Source: Candidatus Latescibacterota bacterium (GTDB lineage Bacteria > Latescibacterota > UBA2968 > UBA8231). Taken from it: a stretch of 64,000 bases of DNA. The position numbers and the translations under genes were made by a program. The notes beneath the pieces are model-generated. The model made no database searches. It saw nothing but the letters and a program-made list of their open reading frames with translations, and was not told the DNA's origin. Shown one piece after another: positions 27,916-38,274 of the stretch; within the stretch, counting starts at the first letter, position 1, and every line of letters starts with the position of its first letter. The stretch spans positions 5,965 through 69,964 of the forward strand of contig JAPYQE010000003.1 of NCBI GenBank assembly GCA_029941315.1, given 5' to 3'.

Positions 27916-28542
27916 ATGCCATCAAAAGTTTTCTCCTCGCCAATCGGCAAGAAGATGGGGATGGCCCTAACGGGGTTGATCCTCTACGGCTTCTTGATCG
28001 GGCATTTGTTGGGGAACCTGCTATTACTCAAGGGAGACGGGGGCCAGGCCTTTAACGCCTACTCAGAATTTCTGATCAACCATCCCCTAATAATCCCTGT
28101 CGAGCTCTTGCTCGTGGTCGTTTTCCTCTTGCACATCTATCTAGCCGTTAGTGTTACGCGCGAGAACCGTCGGGCACGTCCCGTCGGCTATCAGGCCACT
28201 CAGAGCGTCGGCGGCAGGAACTTTGCCTCATACACCATGATCTACTCGGGCATAATTGTCCTGGTTTTTCTGGTTTTACATCTCAAAACCTTTAAATACG
28301 GCGACAAAGCGGAAGGCACTCTTTACGATCTGGTTTCCGATACGTTTCAACAAACCGAATATCTGGTTTGGTATGTAATAGCCATGCTGGTTTTGGGGGC
28401 TCACCTCTGGCACGCATTTCAGAGTGCATTTCAAACCTTGAGCGTGCGCTCCGATAAGATAAGATCCCTGGGTCTCATTCTCTGCTTGATCCTGGCTCTT
28501 GGCTTTGGCTTCTTGCCCGTGTATCTGGGTCTCCTTAAGTGA
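27916..28542 (+). CDS. sdhC: succinate dehydrogenase cytochrome b558 membrane subunit (Bacillus-type single anchor)
   Basis: Five-TM His-rich haem-b anchor. ATG 27916 is preceded by GGAGGT. It is followed by sdhA and sdhB. Confidence 0.75.
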   Translation: MPSKVFSSPIGKKMGMALTGLILYGFLIGHLLGNLLLLKGDGGQAFNAYSEFLINHPLIIPVELLLVVVFLLHIYLAVSVTRENRRARPVGYQATQSVGGRNFASYTMIYSGIIVLVFLVLHLKTFKYGDKAEGTLYDLVSDTFQQTEYLVWYVIAMLVLGAHLWHAFQSAFQTLSVRSDKIRSLGLILCLILALGFGFLPVYLGLLK

Positions 28543-28550
28543 GGTAAGGC

Positions 28551-30464
28551 ATGGCATTAGACGGACATATTCCTAGCGGTCCGCTAGCGGAAAAGTGGGA
28601 AAAGCACCAATTCGAGCTCAAGCTGGTCAACCCAGCCAATAAGCGCAAACACAATGTAATTGTCGTTGGCACTGGTTTGGCGGGCGCCTCGGCGGCGGCC
28701 ACTTTGGCCGAACTGGGGTATAATGTCCTCTCCTTTTGTCTCCAGGACTCTCCGCGCCGCGCTCATTCAATCGCCGCTCAAGGCGGTATCAATGCCGCTA
28801 AGAACTATCAGAATGACGGCGACAGCATATATCGACTCTTCTACGACACGATTAAGGGCGGCGACTACCGGGCTCGGGAGGCCAATGTCTATCGCCTGGC
28901 GCAAATCAGCTCGCATATCATCGACCAATGCGCCGCACAAGGCGTTCCGTTTGCCCGTGAATACGGCGGCACACTCGCCAACCGCTCCTTTGGCGGTGCC
29001 CAGGTTTCGCGCACCTTCTATGCCCGCGGCCAAACCGGCCAACAGCTACTACTCGGCGCTTATAGTGCCCTGATGCGCCAAGTTGAGATCGGCAAAGTCA
29101 CGCTCTTGCCGCGGCGGGAGATGCTCGAGCTAGTTATGGTTGACGACAAGGCGCGCGGCATTGTCGTGCGCAACCTGATCAGCGGTGAGATGGAGCGCTA
29201 TGTCGCTGACGCCGTTATTATAGCTACTGGCGGCTATGGCAATGCCTTCTTTCTGTCAACCAATGCCAAGGCCTGCAATGTTACAGCCACTTGGCGAGCC
29301 CATAAAAAAGGTGCGTTCTTCGCCAACCCTTCTTTCACCCAGATCCACCCCACTTGCATTCCCGTTTCGGGCAATTACCAATCCAAACTCACGCTAATGA
29401 GCGAAAGCCTGCGCAACGACGGACGCGTTTGGGTACCCAAGGAGCAAGGAGATCAACGCGCACCGGAGCAAATACCCGCCGACGAGCGCGACTACTATCT
29501 GGAGCGCCGCTATCCCAGCTTTGGCAATCTCGTGCCCAGAGATGTCGCTTCAAGAGCTGCTAAGGCCGTCTGCGATGAGGGGCGGGGTGTCGGATCGTCG
29601 GGACGAGCGGTCTACTTAGACTTTGCCGATGCGATTAAGCGCGACGGAGAGCATGTTATCAGCCAAAAATACGGTAACCTCTTCGACATGTACCACGAAA
29701 TCACCAACGAAAATCCCTATCAGACACCGATGCGCATTTATCCGGCCGTCCACTACACGATGGGTGGCCTGTGGGTAGATTACAATTTAATGAGCAATCT
29801 GCCCGGGCTTTTTGTGCTGGGCGAAGCCAACTTCTCCGATCATGGGGCCAATCGTCTAGGCGCAAGTGCTTTGATGCAAGGCTTGGCGGACGGCTACTTC
29901 GTCATCCCCTACACCATCGGTGGCTATATCGCTGCTAATGCTGCCGACGACGTAGGGACGGATCACCCGGCTTTTGATCAAGCTGAGCAGGCAGCTACCG
30001 AACGCATCGACAAACTACTGGCCATCAAGGGCAAGCGCACTGTGGACGATTTTCACCGAGAGCTGGGGCTTTTGCTTTGGGACCACTGCGGTATGGCGCG
30101 CAATGCCGAAGGACTGAGCGGTGCAAAGCAGAAGGTCCGTGAGATCCGCGAAGAGTTCTGGCAGAATGTGACCATCGCCGGAACGGCTGGCGAATTCAAC
30201 CAAGTATTAGAACGCGCCGGACGCGTTGCCGACTTTATGGAATTCGCCGAACTGATGATCCACGACGCCTATGAGCGCAACGAATCCTGTGGCGGCCACT
30301 TCCGCGAGGAGTACCAGACCGGAGAAGGAGAAGCCAGACGCAACGACGATGACTTCACCTATGTATCCGCTTGGGAATTTCAAGGAGTGGGGGCCGATCC
30401 TGCCCTGCACAAAGAAGAGCTGGTCTTCGAGAACGTGCATTTGACGCAAAGGAGCTATAAATGA
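28551..30464 (+). CDS. sdhA: succinate dehydrogenase flavoprotein subunit
   Basis: FAD-binding GxGxxG ([12 protein letters not shown]), the covalent-FAD His region ([10 protein letters not shown]), and the catalytic Arg/His region. Confidence 0.9.
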   Translation: MALDGHIPSGPLAEKWEKHQFELKLVNPANKRKHNVIVVGTGLAGASAAATLAELGYNVLSFCLQDSPRRAHSIAAQGGINAAKNYQNDGDSIYRLFYDTIKGGDYRAREANVYRLAQISSHIIDQCAAQGVPFAREYGGTLANRSFGGAQVSRTFYARGQTGQQLLLGAYSALMRQVEIGKVTLLPRREMLELVMVDDKARGIVVRNLISGEMERYVADAVIIATGGYGNAFFLSTNAKACNVTATWRAHKKGAFFANPSFTQIHPTCIPVSGNYQSKLTLMSESLRNDGRVWVPKEQGDQRAPEQIPADERDYYLERRYPSFGNLVPRDVASRAAKAVCDEGRGVGSSGRAVYLDFADAIKRDGEHVISQKYGNLFDMYHEITNENPYQTPMRIYPAVHYTMGGLWVDYNLMSNLPGLFVLGEANFSDHGANRLGASALMQGLADGYFVIPYTIGGYIAANAADDVGTDHPAFDQAEQAATERIDKLLAIKGKRTVDDFHRELGLLLWDHCGMARNAEGLSGAKQKVREIREEFWQNVTIAGTAGEFNQVLERAGRVADFMEFAELMIHDAYERNESCGGHFREEYQTGEGEARRNDDDFTYVSAWEFQGVGADPALHKEELVFENVHLTQRSYK

Positions 30465-31261
30465 CCGAGGAACAGAGCCGACGCAAGAGAGATGCCGGCC
30501 AAAGCGATTGCCTGAGCTTTACGATAAATATCTGGCGTCAGCAAGGTCTAAACGATAAAGGCCATATGGTGTCTTATCCGCTCAAACGCGTCCGCCCGGA
30601 AATGTCTTTTCTTGAGATGCTTGATGTGCTTAATGGCGAGCTTGAGCGCAAAGGCGAAGAACTGCCCATTTCCTTTGACAGTGATTGTCGCGAAGGTATT
30701 TGTGGTATGTGCGGCTTGGTCATCAACGGCGTCGCTCATGGACCCGGACACGGCACTACCACCTGCCAGCTCTATATGCGCAGCTTTGCCGATGGGGCCA
30801 CTATAACCATCGAGCCTTGGCGAGCTGCTGCTTTCCCCGTGATCAAAGATTTGGTCGTTGATCGCTCTGCTTTCGACCGCATTATTCAGGCCGGCGGCTA
30901 TGCTTCGGTAAACTCCGGTTCCGCCCCCGATGCCAACTCGATGTTAGTCTCGCAGGAACTGGCATCCGAAGCCTTTGATGCAGCGGCCTGTATAGGCTGC
31001 GGGGCTTGTGTTGCCTCTTGCAAGAATGCCTCGGCAATGCTTTTTGTCAGCGCCAAGGTCAAACACCTCAATATTCTACCCCAAGGCCAACCCGAACGTC
31101 ACAAGCGCACGGCCGCCATGGTCGAAGCGATGCAACAAGAGGGTTTTGGCAACTGCACCAACGAATACGAATGCGAAGCCGTCTGCCCTAAGGAAATTGC
31201 CGTTGAGCATATCTCCTTTCTCAACCGCGAATATCTCAAGGCTAAGGTGGCAGGTAAATAG
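30461..31261 (+). CDS. sdhB: succinate dehydrogenase iron-sulfur subunit
   Basis: 2Fe-2S (CREGICGMC) and 4Fe-4S/3Fe-4S Cys clusters ([11 protein letters not shown] ... [12 protein letters not shown]). The start overlaps the sdhA stop. Confidence 0.9.
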   Translation: MTEEQSRRKRDAGQSDCLSFTINIWRQQGLNDKGHMVSYPLKRVRPEMSFLEMLDVLNGELERKGEELPISFDSDCREGICGMCGLVINGVAHGPGHGTTTCQLYMRSFADGATITIEPWRAAAFPVIKDLVVDRSAFDRIIQAGGYASVNSGSAPDANSMLVSQELASEAFDAAACIGCGACVASCKNASAMLFVSAKVKHLNILPQGQPERHKRTAAMVEAMQQEGFGNCTNEYECEAVCPKEIAVEHISFLNREYLKAKVAGK

Positions 31262-31304
31262 CCACCATTTCGTTCGTTTCGTTATAGTGCGCGAAGCTCC
31301 GAAA

Positions 31305-31346
31305 TAAAAAACGGGCCTCACCTGAAAAAGTGAGGCCCGTTTTTTA
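31305..31346. terminator. bidirectional rho-independent terminator between sdhB (+) and rpmA (-)
   Basis: aaaaaacgggcctcac-ctgaaaaa-gtgaggcccgtttttt: a 10-bp GC-rich stem flanked by A-run and T-run. Confidence 0.75.
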
Positions 31347-31367
31347 TTTCTATTTTGGTGCTAATGC

Positions 31368-31625
31368 TTACGCAGCGGCGTAGACACTTACCCGCTTGCG
31401 CTTTTTGCCAAAGTTTTCAAACTTCACTTGGCCATCAATGGTGGCGAAGAGCGTATCATCGCCACCCTTCATAACATTAGTACCTGGATGGATCCGCGTC
31501 CCACGCTGGCGCACAATAATCGTGCCGGCGTTGACCTTCTCGCCGCCAAAGCGCTTAACGCCCAATCGCTGAGCATTGCTGTCGCGATTGTTCTTAGAAC
31601 TGCCGACGCCCTTTTTATGAGCCAT
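31368..31625 (-). CDS. rpmA: 50S ribosomal protein L27
   Basis: [28 protein letters not shown]... is the canonical L27 N-terminus. Confidence 0.9.
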   Translation of the reverse strand: MAHKKGVGSSKNNRDSNAQRLGVKRFGGEKVNAGTIIVRQRGTRIHPGTNVMKGGDDTLFATIDGQVKFENFGKKRKRVSVYAAA

Positions 31626-31645
31626 GGTATTTAGTCCTTTCGCGC

Positions 31646-31963
31646 TTAGTTCGGGAGAACGATGTTCTCGACCTGAATCTCAGTATAGTCCTGACGATGG
31701 CCGGTGCGCCTACGGTATTTTTTGCGCTTCTTCTTTTTGAAGACAACGATCTTGTCGCCACGACCGTGGCCAACGACGGTCGCCGAAACGCTAGCACCTT
31801 CTAAAGTGGGGCTGCCCACCTTGGTCTCACCTTCACCGGAGACCATCAACACATCGGTAAACTCCTGCGTGCTGCCCTCTTCGACCTGTAACCGAGGCAC
31901 GCGCAGACGCTGACCTTTGTCGACCTTAACCTGATGACCGGCAATATTGACAACTGCGTACAT
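31646..31963 (-). CDS. rplU: 50S ribosomal protein L21
   Basis: [25 protein letters not shown]... is canonical L21. It is upstream of rpmA. Confidence 0.9.
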   Translation of the reverse strand: MYAVVNIAGHQVKVDKGQRLRVPRLQVEEGSTQEFTDVLMVSGEGETKVGSPTLEGASVSATVVGHGRGDKIVVFKKKKRKKYRRRTGHRQDYTEIQVENIVLPN

Positions 31964-32032
31964 AACTTGAACTCCTAAAACGATTTCTCATTTAGCAAAG
32001 AAGGCAAAATATAAGGGTCAGCGTCTCGTCTG

Positions 32033-33556
32033 TCAAACCCTGAATTCGGCTGTTACATCCAAACTGCGCTTGGTCGAGAAGAAGCGATAATCCTGCGGCC
32101 CCAAAGTGGTATCGGTTTCCACCTTAACACGGGCTTTGGTCGCTTTACGCAGTGATTTAAGCCGCTCTTCCCGATTTGCCAATATATAGGTGGCTACATC
32201 CGGATGGACTTTTAGTACATAGCGTTTCTCGCGGGTAGCGGCGTACGATCTTTGCAGCCAGCGTTCGATTCTGGTCAGCGTCGTATCCGGTCCCAAAATC
32301 CGCCCGGTTCCATTGCAGATTGGACAGGGTTCGCTATGGTCGTGCAATAAATTCGGGCGTACGCGCTGACGGGTCATTTCGACTAGGCCAAATTCACTGA
32401 CATGGGCACTAATAGACACCTTGGCCCGGTCTTTTTTAAATTCATCGATCAAACGCTCAATGATCTTTCTGCGATTTCGCTCCTCGTTCATATCGATAAA
32501 ATCGATTACGATGATCCCGCCAACATCGCGCAACTTGAGTTGTCGAGCAATCTCGCGGGCGGCTTCCAAGTTGGTATTGAGGTTATTCTCCTCTTGATCG
32601 TCCGAACCGACATAGCGCGCTGAGTTCACATCAATAAAGGTGCCGGCCTCGGCATAATCAATAACTAAAGCCCCACCACGACGCATCCACACCGTGCGAT
32701 TGGCCGCCTTTTCAATCTCTTCTTCGATCTTGAAAGCGTCAAAAATAGGGCGTCGGTCCTTATGATACTCAACTCTTTTTCTCAGTTCGGGCGAGACCTG
32801 GCGCAAATAGGATGTAATCTCTTTATATAGCTCTTTATCGTCGACGACCAGCCGATCGACATTGTCCGTAAACAAGTCGCGTATAATACTGGACGTCATG
32901 CCCATCTCTTTGTGCGCTTGCGCAGGAGACGTGGCTTTTTTGCTCACCTTAATCAAGCGTTCGTAGTTTCTCACCAATTGTCTCATATCGCGTTTGAACT
33001 CGCGATCACTTTGGTTTTTCCCCTCTGTTCGCACAATCACCGAGTAGCCACTAGGTTTGATTTTTGTGACGAGATCGCGCAATCTCTTGCGTTCACTCCA
33101 GCTGGCGATTTTGCGTGACACGCCAACCCAGTTACCGCCTGGCACCAATACCATAAATCGACCGGGAAGCGAAAGCTGAGTCGTAACACGAGCACCTTTG
33201 GTGCTAATAGGCTCTTTGGTGACCTGAACCAGCACCTGCTCACCCTTTCTTATCAGGCTTTGAATATTGGGGAAACTGCGATGACGGGAACGACGGCCAC
33301 CACGTGAGCCATCGGAATCGGAATTTTCAGCCTCGACCATATCGCGCACTTGAAGGAATGCAGTCCGCTCATGACCGATTTCTATAAAAGCTGCCTGTAA
33401 GCCAGGTAAAACTGCCGTTACAGTACCCTTGTATACATCTCCAACCATCCTCTCGTTCTCTGGTCTTTCAACCCAGATCTCAGAAAGATGGCCATCTTCC
33501 AAAATGGCAATCCTAGACTCGTGGATGCCTTGGTTAATAAAAATTTCTGTTCGCAT
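32033..33556 (-). CDS. rng: ribonuclease E/G family endoribonuclease (Rng/CafA-like)
   Basis: S1 domain, the DNase-I-like catalytic core (…GGIIVIDFIDM…) and a Zn-link CPxCxGxG (CPICNGTG). ATG 33556 (MRTEIFINQG) aligns with RNase G N-termini; the track's GTG 33616 is a possible alternative. Confidence 0.8.
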   Translation of the reverse strand: MRTEIFINQGIHESRIAILEDGHLSEIWVERPENERMVGDVYKGTVTAVLPGLQAAFIEIGHERTAFLQVRDMVEAENSDSDGSRGGRRSRHRSFPNIQSLIRKGEQVLVQVTKEPISTKGARVTTQLSLPGRFMVLVPGGNWVGVSRKIASWSERKRLRDLVTKIKPSGYSVIVRTEGKNQSDREFKRDMRQLVRNYERLIKVSKKATSPAQAHKEMGMTSSIIRDLFTDNVDRLVVDDKELYKEITSYLRQVSPELRKRVEYHKDRRPIFDAFKIEEEIEKAANRTVWMRRGGALVIDYAEAGTFIDVNSARYVGSDDQEENNLNTNLEAAREIARQLKLRDVGGIIVIDFIDMNEERNRRKIIERLIDEFKKDRAKVSISAHVSEFGLVEMTRQRVRPNLLHDHSEPCPICNGTGRILGPDTTLTRIERWLQRSYAATREKRYVLKVHPDVATYILANREERLKSLRKATKARVKVETDTTLGPQDYRFFSTKRSLDVTAEFRV

Positions 33557-33616
33557 AATGCGATACCTATCTGGTAAGTCATATATTGATGGCCCGATGG
33601 CTATATTGCCGGCCAC

Positions 33617-34147
33617 GACTTGGCTTACCTTGCAGGCGCACTTTGATAGGTGAAGGGGCTAGATCTTTTTCAGGGTGGGAAACACAGATGTGAATACTAT
33701 AAACAAATTCGTCGTCTGAACTCTACCAACTTGGTCAGAAACCTAATTAAGGCCCGTTAGTCACGGTCCCGACACGTTAAGCGAGTCTGGATCCCGACGG
33801 CAAATTCAAGGTAGAGCTGTTAACAGACCTGACGAGACTATGCCCCAAACGGGCCTTAATAGTCCTAAGTACGACATCTGCGTGGAATTGCTTCTAAAGG
33901 AACTCCGCAGAGTTCTTCGCATATTACAACATCAATAAAAATAGCTAAATACGTCTATTTCCGCTCTGCGGATTCCCGACTGATTAAAACCCTGAAAAAG
34001 GGACCCTTGACTAAGTGCGTCCCTTTGTGAAAAACGTGTGAAAAATTTAAATAGTAATACTTCTATTTATAGAAAAGCCAGTAACTTAAGCCCGAATGTC
34101 CTTCTATAAACTACTAAAGTGATCCGCCTCAAGCAACCCTTGATCAA
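33617..34147 (-). promoter_or_regulatory. 530-nt non-coding region upstream of rng: promoter plus a long structured 5' leader; it also carries the ctpA terminator
   Basis: No ORF. Long-range inverted repeat ttaaggcccgtt (33747-33758) pairs with aacgggccttaa (33848-33859). The hairpin aagggac...gtccctt (33998-34025) followed by T-rich sequence on the minus strand is probably the ctpA terminator. Confidence 0.4.
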
Positions 34148-36007
34148 TTACTTAATTTCTTTATCGACAAGTACCTCTAAATAATGATCTTGATTCCCGA
34201 GAACCTCGATCGCCTTTGCCAGCTGTTGGTCGTCTTGTAATTCCTCGAGAAGTTGGACCTTTCTTCCCTTAAAACGCAAGACCAATTCCCGGTGTATCGC
34301 ATTCCTTATATACGGTTTTAGCTTGTTGCTAAGGGGCTGATTCCATTCTTGCTCAACCGATGCCCGCAACTGCCGAATTGATTCTTGTACTTCCTCGCCC
34401 CAACCCATGTCTTCGGCAAAACCCTCAATCTCTTCTATTTGGCTCAGTCCCGTTTTTATTTTCACCTCATCCTCGTCCGTGCTTTGCGCAAAGTCGATAA
34501 AGGCATTAATCATTTCATCATCGACCATCAACAATTCTAAATGGTTCTCAACCCAAGTCGAATCGGTTGACACATAATCAATGGCAAAATCAAAAAATAG
34601 TCGACGGCGTTCCAAGTTTCGGATATAATCGGGGATAAAGGCCGGTTCAATATTGATATCTGGCTTGATCCCTCCCCCTCCGAAAACTTCACGCCCCTTC
34701 TGAGTATGATATGTTCGGTCCATTAGGGTATCGAGCTGCCCTGCTTCTCTGCTCATCTTTGCTTTGCCTGCTAAGTCACCTAAGCGGGTCGCTAGAATGT
34801 GTTGTGCCGACTCTGAATTTAGATCAAAATGAGCCTGCAATGCAGATAGCGCCCCGTTCACATCACCCGACCTCAGAATAAGGTCCATGACCAAGAGCGG
34901 AGGCAATTCTTTATTGCCCAATGGTATATGCTGCACCGCACCTGCGCCACCGCTTTGGTCTCGATGAATACTTCGACCGCTGGGTGAATAATAAAGCGCC
35001 GTTGTCAGTTTTAGGGCACTAGATGCCACCTCGTGTAGATCAAATATGGTCTGGACAGATCCCTTGCCAAACGAAGTTGTCCCAATGATCACCCCCCGAT
35101 CATTGTCCTGAATGGCTCCTGCGACAATTTCAGAGGCACTTGCGCTACCTTCGTCAATCAAAACGACAAGAGGCACCTCCCCTGCTATCGGCCGACGTTG
35201 GGACCGTCGAACTTCCTCTCGGCGGCCTTCTCGTTCCTTGATCGAAACAATTACCGCGCCTTTGGGCAGAAACAGATCGGCGACTTGAGTCGCTTGTCGA
35301 AGCAAGCCTCCTGGATTTCCTCGTAAGTCCAGTACTAGGGCCCTAACACCAGACAGACTTTTAATCGCTTTTTCTACTTCGGATGTGGTATGTTCAGAGA
35401 AACGCGTCTGGCGCATACTAATATAGCCGATCCCACCTTGCAATTTTTCGGCTAAAACAACGCTTTTGATCTTGATAATTTCCCGTTGTATTACAATGGG
35501 TTTGGGGGCAGCCCCCAAGCGATGAGCAATCGAAATCTCGACCAAGGTGCCCGGTTCTCCACGCAAGACATTAACCACTTCCTCAAGCTGCATACCGAAG
35601 GTGCTTTGGCCCTCGACCTCGACAAGTAAATCACCCGGTTTTAAGCCTATTCTATCCGCTGGGGTTCCTTCTATTGGTGAGATGACTACTGGGTACTGGT
35701 CCTTTAAGGCTACAGTAATTCCAAGACCGGCAAACTTACCGGTTGTGTCTTGACGCAGTTGGCGCAGTCCTTCCTCATTGTAGTACTGGCTATAGGAATC
35801 GAGTTGGCTGAGCATGCCCTCGATAGCCGCACCCATAATTTCTTCCTGATTGAGATCTGCGTAGTAATTATCGATAATCCGAGAGTAGACTGCGCCAAAA
35901 CGCTCCCAACTGGCATTGACCTCTGCGTATGGATCTTCCGTCGGCGTTGCACCGACAACCCCACCCCATCCATAAAAGCAAAGCAAAGCAATGCATCCGT
36001 ATCTCAT
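34148..36007 (-). CDS. ctpA: carboxyl-terminal processing protease (S41 family, PDZ domain)
   Basis: S41 catalytic Ser/Lys region (…GPTSSASE… in the form DEGSASASEIVAGA; …TFGKG…), a PDZ domain, and a signal peptide after MRYGCIALLCF. The start ATG overlaps the tmk stop (TAATG). Confidence 0.8.
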   Translation of the reverse strand: MRYGCIALLCFYGWGGVVGATPTEDPYAEVNASWERFGAVYSRIIDNYYADLNQEEIMGAAIEGMLSQLDSYSQYYNEEGLRQLRQDTTGKFAGLGITVALKDQYPVVISPIEGTPADRIGLKPGDLLVEVEGQSTFGMQLEEVVNVLRGEPGTLVEISIAHRLGAAPKPIVIQREIIKIKSVVLAEKLQGGIGYISMRQTRFSEHTTSEVEKAIKSLSGVRALVLDLRGNPGGLLRQATQVADLFLPKGAVIVSIKEREGRREEVRRSQRRPIAGEVPLVVLIDEGSASASEIVAGAIQDNDRGVIIGTTSFGKGSVQTIFDLHEVASSALKLTTALYYSPSGRSIHRDQSGGAGAVQHIPLGNKELPPLLVMDLILRSGDVNGALSALQAHFDLNSESAQHILATRLGDLAGKAKMSREAGQLDTLMDRTYHTQKGREVFGGGGIKPDINIEPAFIPDYIRNLERRRLFFDFAIDYVSTDSTWVENHLELLMVDDEMINAFIDFAQSTDEDEVKIKTGLSQIEEIEGFAEDMGWGEEVQESIRQLRASVEQEWNQPLSNKLKPYIRNAIHRELVLRFKGRKVQLLEELQDDQQLAKAIEVLGNQDHYLEVLVDKEIK

Positions 36008-36654
36008 TATTCGTTCTCCTCCGCGGGAAACCAAGGCCATTGCTTGCGCAGCGCATCCCGGATATTACCCGCCAGCTGTGCTTCTTTTTGACGTGCATCA
36101 AAAACCAAAGCCGTATGATCACCCTTGGCTATTTCTCGATAACCTCGAGCAACTTTCTCCTGCAGACTCTCTCCTGCCTGTTCTAATCTGTCAACCACTT
36201 CTCCCCTCTTGTCACGTCGAGCCTGGGCAACTTCAAGGGGCAAATCCAGGTAAATCGTCCGATCCGGCATACACCCGATAACGGCGAGCATATTGACTTG
36301 CCTAATCGTATCTAAATCTAGACCACGGCCATAGCCTTGATAAGCAAGAGAGGATGCAATATAACGATCACAGATAACAACGTCCCCTCTATCCAAGGCA
36401 GGCCGTATTAATTCTTCTACATGCTGAGCGCGACTCGCTGCATAAAGAAAAAGCTCTGCTGTATGTGATATGTCGCCCAAAGCCGGGTCGAGAACAAGAT
36501 CGCGGATCTTTTCTGCCGCGGGTGTTCCACCAGGCTCTCTTGTCAGAATAAACGGAATCCCGGCATGGCGTAGATAATCCGCCAGCTGATGGCACTGGGT
36601 GGTTGTCCCACTGCCATCAATACCTTCAAAAACGATGAAATGACCTTGAGACAC
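36007..36654 (-). CDS. tmk: thymidylate kinase
   Basis: P-loop FIVFEGIDGSGTTTQ and the DRY motif (ICDRYIASSLAYQG). Confidence 0.9.
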   Translation of the reverse strand: MSQGHFIVFEGIDGSGTTTQCHQLADYLRHAGIPFILTREPGGTPAAEKIRDLVLDPALGDISHTAELFLYAASRAQHVEELIRPALDRGDVVICDRYIASSLAYQGYGRGLDLDTIRQVNMLAVIGCMPDRTIYLDLPLEVAQARRDKRGEVVDRLEQAGESLQEKVARGYREIAKGDHTALVFDARQKEAQLAGNIRDALRKQWPWFPAEENE

Positions 36655-36685
36655 TAAGAACAGAAGAGCCCAGAGATCCTAATGA

Positions 36686-37303
36686 TTAGGATTGCTGGAC
36701 GGAAGCGGGAGGATTGGCAGTAGACTTTAGCCTATTACGGATATGGGCAAGGCGCTCAATAACCGTGTAGTTAGTGGTTACTGCCAATAAAACTAAAACT
36801 AAAACCAGCCCTTGGTGACCAAGTAAACTGGCCAGGGCTAAGGCGGCTAGGCGTTCTGGGCGTTGCATAAAACCAACTTTACAATCTTCTCCCAACCCCT
36901 CTGCCCTCGCCCTTACATAACTAACCATTAACGAACCAGTAATTGCAAAGAACAGAATCCCGGTCACGACCCACTCATCGCGCCCTATCAAATAAGCGCC
37001 GATTCCAAAGTATATGAAAATCTCGGAATATCGATCTGTTGTCGAATCTAACAGCGCGCCGAATTTAGTTTCTTTACGCCCCTCTCGCGCGACTTGCCCA
37101 TCGAGTATATCGCATAGGCCTGCAACCATCATGATAAGGGCGCCCCAGTGAAGGTAGCCCTTAGCAAAGGCCGCTGTTGCTCCAAGGTTCATAACTAAGC
37201 CCATTAGCGTTAGCCAATCGGGTTTGAAACCAAGGCGAATAAATAAGTGGGCCAAGGGTCTCAGGATCGCCAGGAACCACTTTTTTAGATATTTATCTAA
37301 CAC
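36686..37303 (-). CDS. pgsA: CDP-alcohol phosphatidyltransferase (PgsA-like)
   Basis: CDP-OH_P_transf motif D(x)2DG(x)2AR...G(x)3D(x)3D (DILDGQVAREG...GALLDSTTD) on a six-TM scaffold. Confidence 0.7.
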   Translation of the reverse strand: MLDKYLKKWFLAILRPLAHLFIRLGFKPDWLTLMGLVMNLGATAAFAKGYLHWGALIMMVAGLCDILDGQVAREGRKETKFGALLDSTTDRYSEIFIYFGIGAYLIGRDEWVVTGILFFAITGSLMVSYVRARAEGLGEDCKVGFMQRPERLAALALASLLGHQGLVLVLVLLAVTTNYTVIERLAHIRNRLKSTANPPASVQQS

Positions 37304-37599
37304 GAAACCCGTTCACTGTGGAAGGAATGATCAATCTGAAATCTCCATACATACACTCGGCAACGCATTCAAAATATACGGTATATCCCCACCCTCTTGC
37401 AAGAGATTTTATCGCTTGGTTTTACACATTATCCTTGCCAAGCTTATCCACACATGCCTTTGCTTCTTGCTATCGATTTATCTATTAGCTACTGATATCT
37501 ATTAGCAAACAATAGATATATAGCAATAATGATCATTAAAAATGTAGGCTCTTTTTCAACATTTATTGTGGAAAAGTATGGGCATAACACTGTTGACAA

Positions 37600-38214
37600 C
37601 TAATGGAATAAACCAAGAGTCGTAGAAAAACCATTTTTCTCTATTCTCCATTTAAGATCTATCAAATCTGCGACTGTATCCTCACTCAACGATGTTAGAA
37701 CCCATCCATGCGGGGACAGATAATCCTGCACTAGCTCAAGCATTTTACCGGGCGCTGCGACTGCCCTTGCGGTAATCAAATCGACTCCTCCCTGTCTCCC
37801 TCCCCAGTCTTCTATTCTATCATTAACAACTTCGATGCGCTCGAGCCCTACGGATCTTATTATTTCTTTTAAAAAGTTCGCACGCTTTCTCCTGCTTTCA
37901 ACAAGTATAAAATAGGAATCGGGCAGGGCGATCTTTAAAGGTATCGCCGGGAAGCCCGCCCCAGATCCAAGATCGAGGATCACACGATTTGGCAAACTCG
38001 AGACCATGGGGACCATCATTAACGCCTGCCCTAAGTGTTTAGTAGCGATAGAGGATAAATCTCTTTGGGAAATGAGGTTGATCCGATTAGACCATTTGCT
38101 TAGCGCTACTAGGTATAATTCTAACTTTGACCAAGCCTCTCTACCGAGAAAGACTGCCCCCATCTCCAACTGGAGTTTTTTGAAATCGTCTTGCAATGCC
38201 GACGGGATCATCAT
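37600..38214 (-). CDS. rsmG: 16S rRNA (guanine527-N7)-methyltransferase
   Basis: GidB family: SAM motif ILDLGSGAGFPAIPLKI plus LVESRRKRANFL. It lies downstream of mnmE, the conserved ori-proximal order. Confidence 0.85.
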   Translation of the reverse strand: MMIPSALQDDFKKLQLEMGAVFLGREAWSKLELYLVALSKWSNRINLISQRDLSSIATKHLGQALMMVPMVSSLPNRVILDLGSGAGFPAIPLKIALPDSYFILVESRRKRANFLKEIIRSVGLERIEVVNDRIEDWGGRQGGVDLITARAVAAPGKMLELVQDYLSPHGWVLTSLSEDTVADLIDLKWRIEKNGFSTTLGLFH

Positions 38215-38217
38215 ATC

Positions 38218-38274
38218 AATGTTTCACGTGGAACATTATTTTCGACTTGAAAATGTTTCACGTGGAACATTATT
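38218..38274. repeat. two direct copies of a 23-bp element aatgtttcacgtggaacattatt with a central CACGTG near-palindrome, in the mnmE-rsmG junction
   Basis: Copy 1 is at 38218-38240, just upstream of the rsmG start. Copy 2 is at 38252-38274 and overlaps the mnmE stop codon. Each copy is an imperfect palindrome (atgttTcacgtgGaacat). Confidence 0.8.

Noticed and set aside
28398-28425. Sigma-54 promoter-like TGGCACG inside sdhC
   Set aside because: The -12 element (TTGC) is absent at the right spacing and the site is intragenic, so it is a chance match.
33617-34147. tmRNA, RNase P or SRP RNA in the rng upstream region (a GGATCCCGACGG segment resembles the tmRNA 5' motif GGAUUCGACGGG)
   Set aside because: There is no tRNA-like 3' end (T-loop/ACCA), no resume codon or tag reading frame, and no RNase P or SRP universal motifs. 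The resemblance is a short partial match only.
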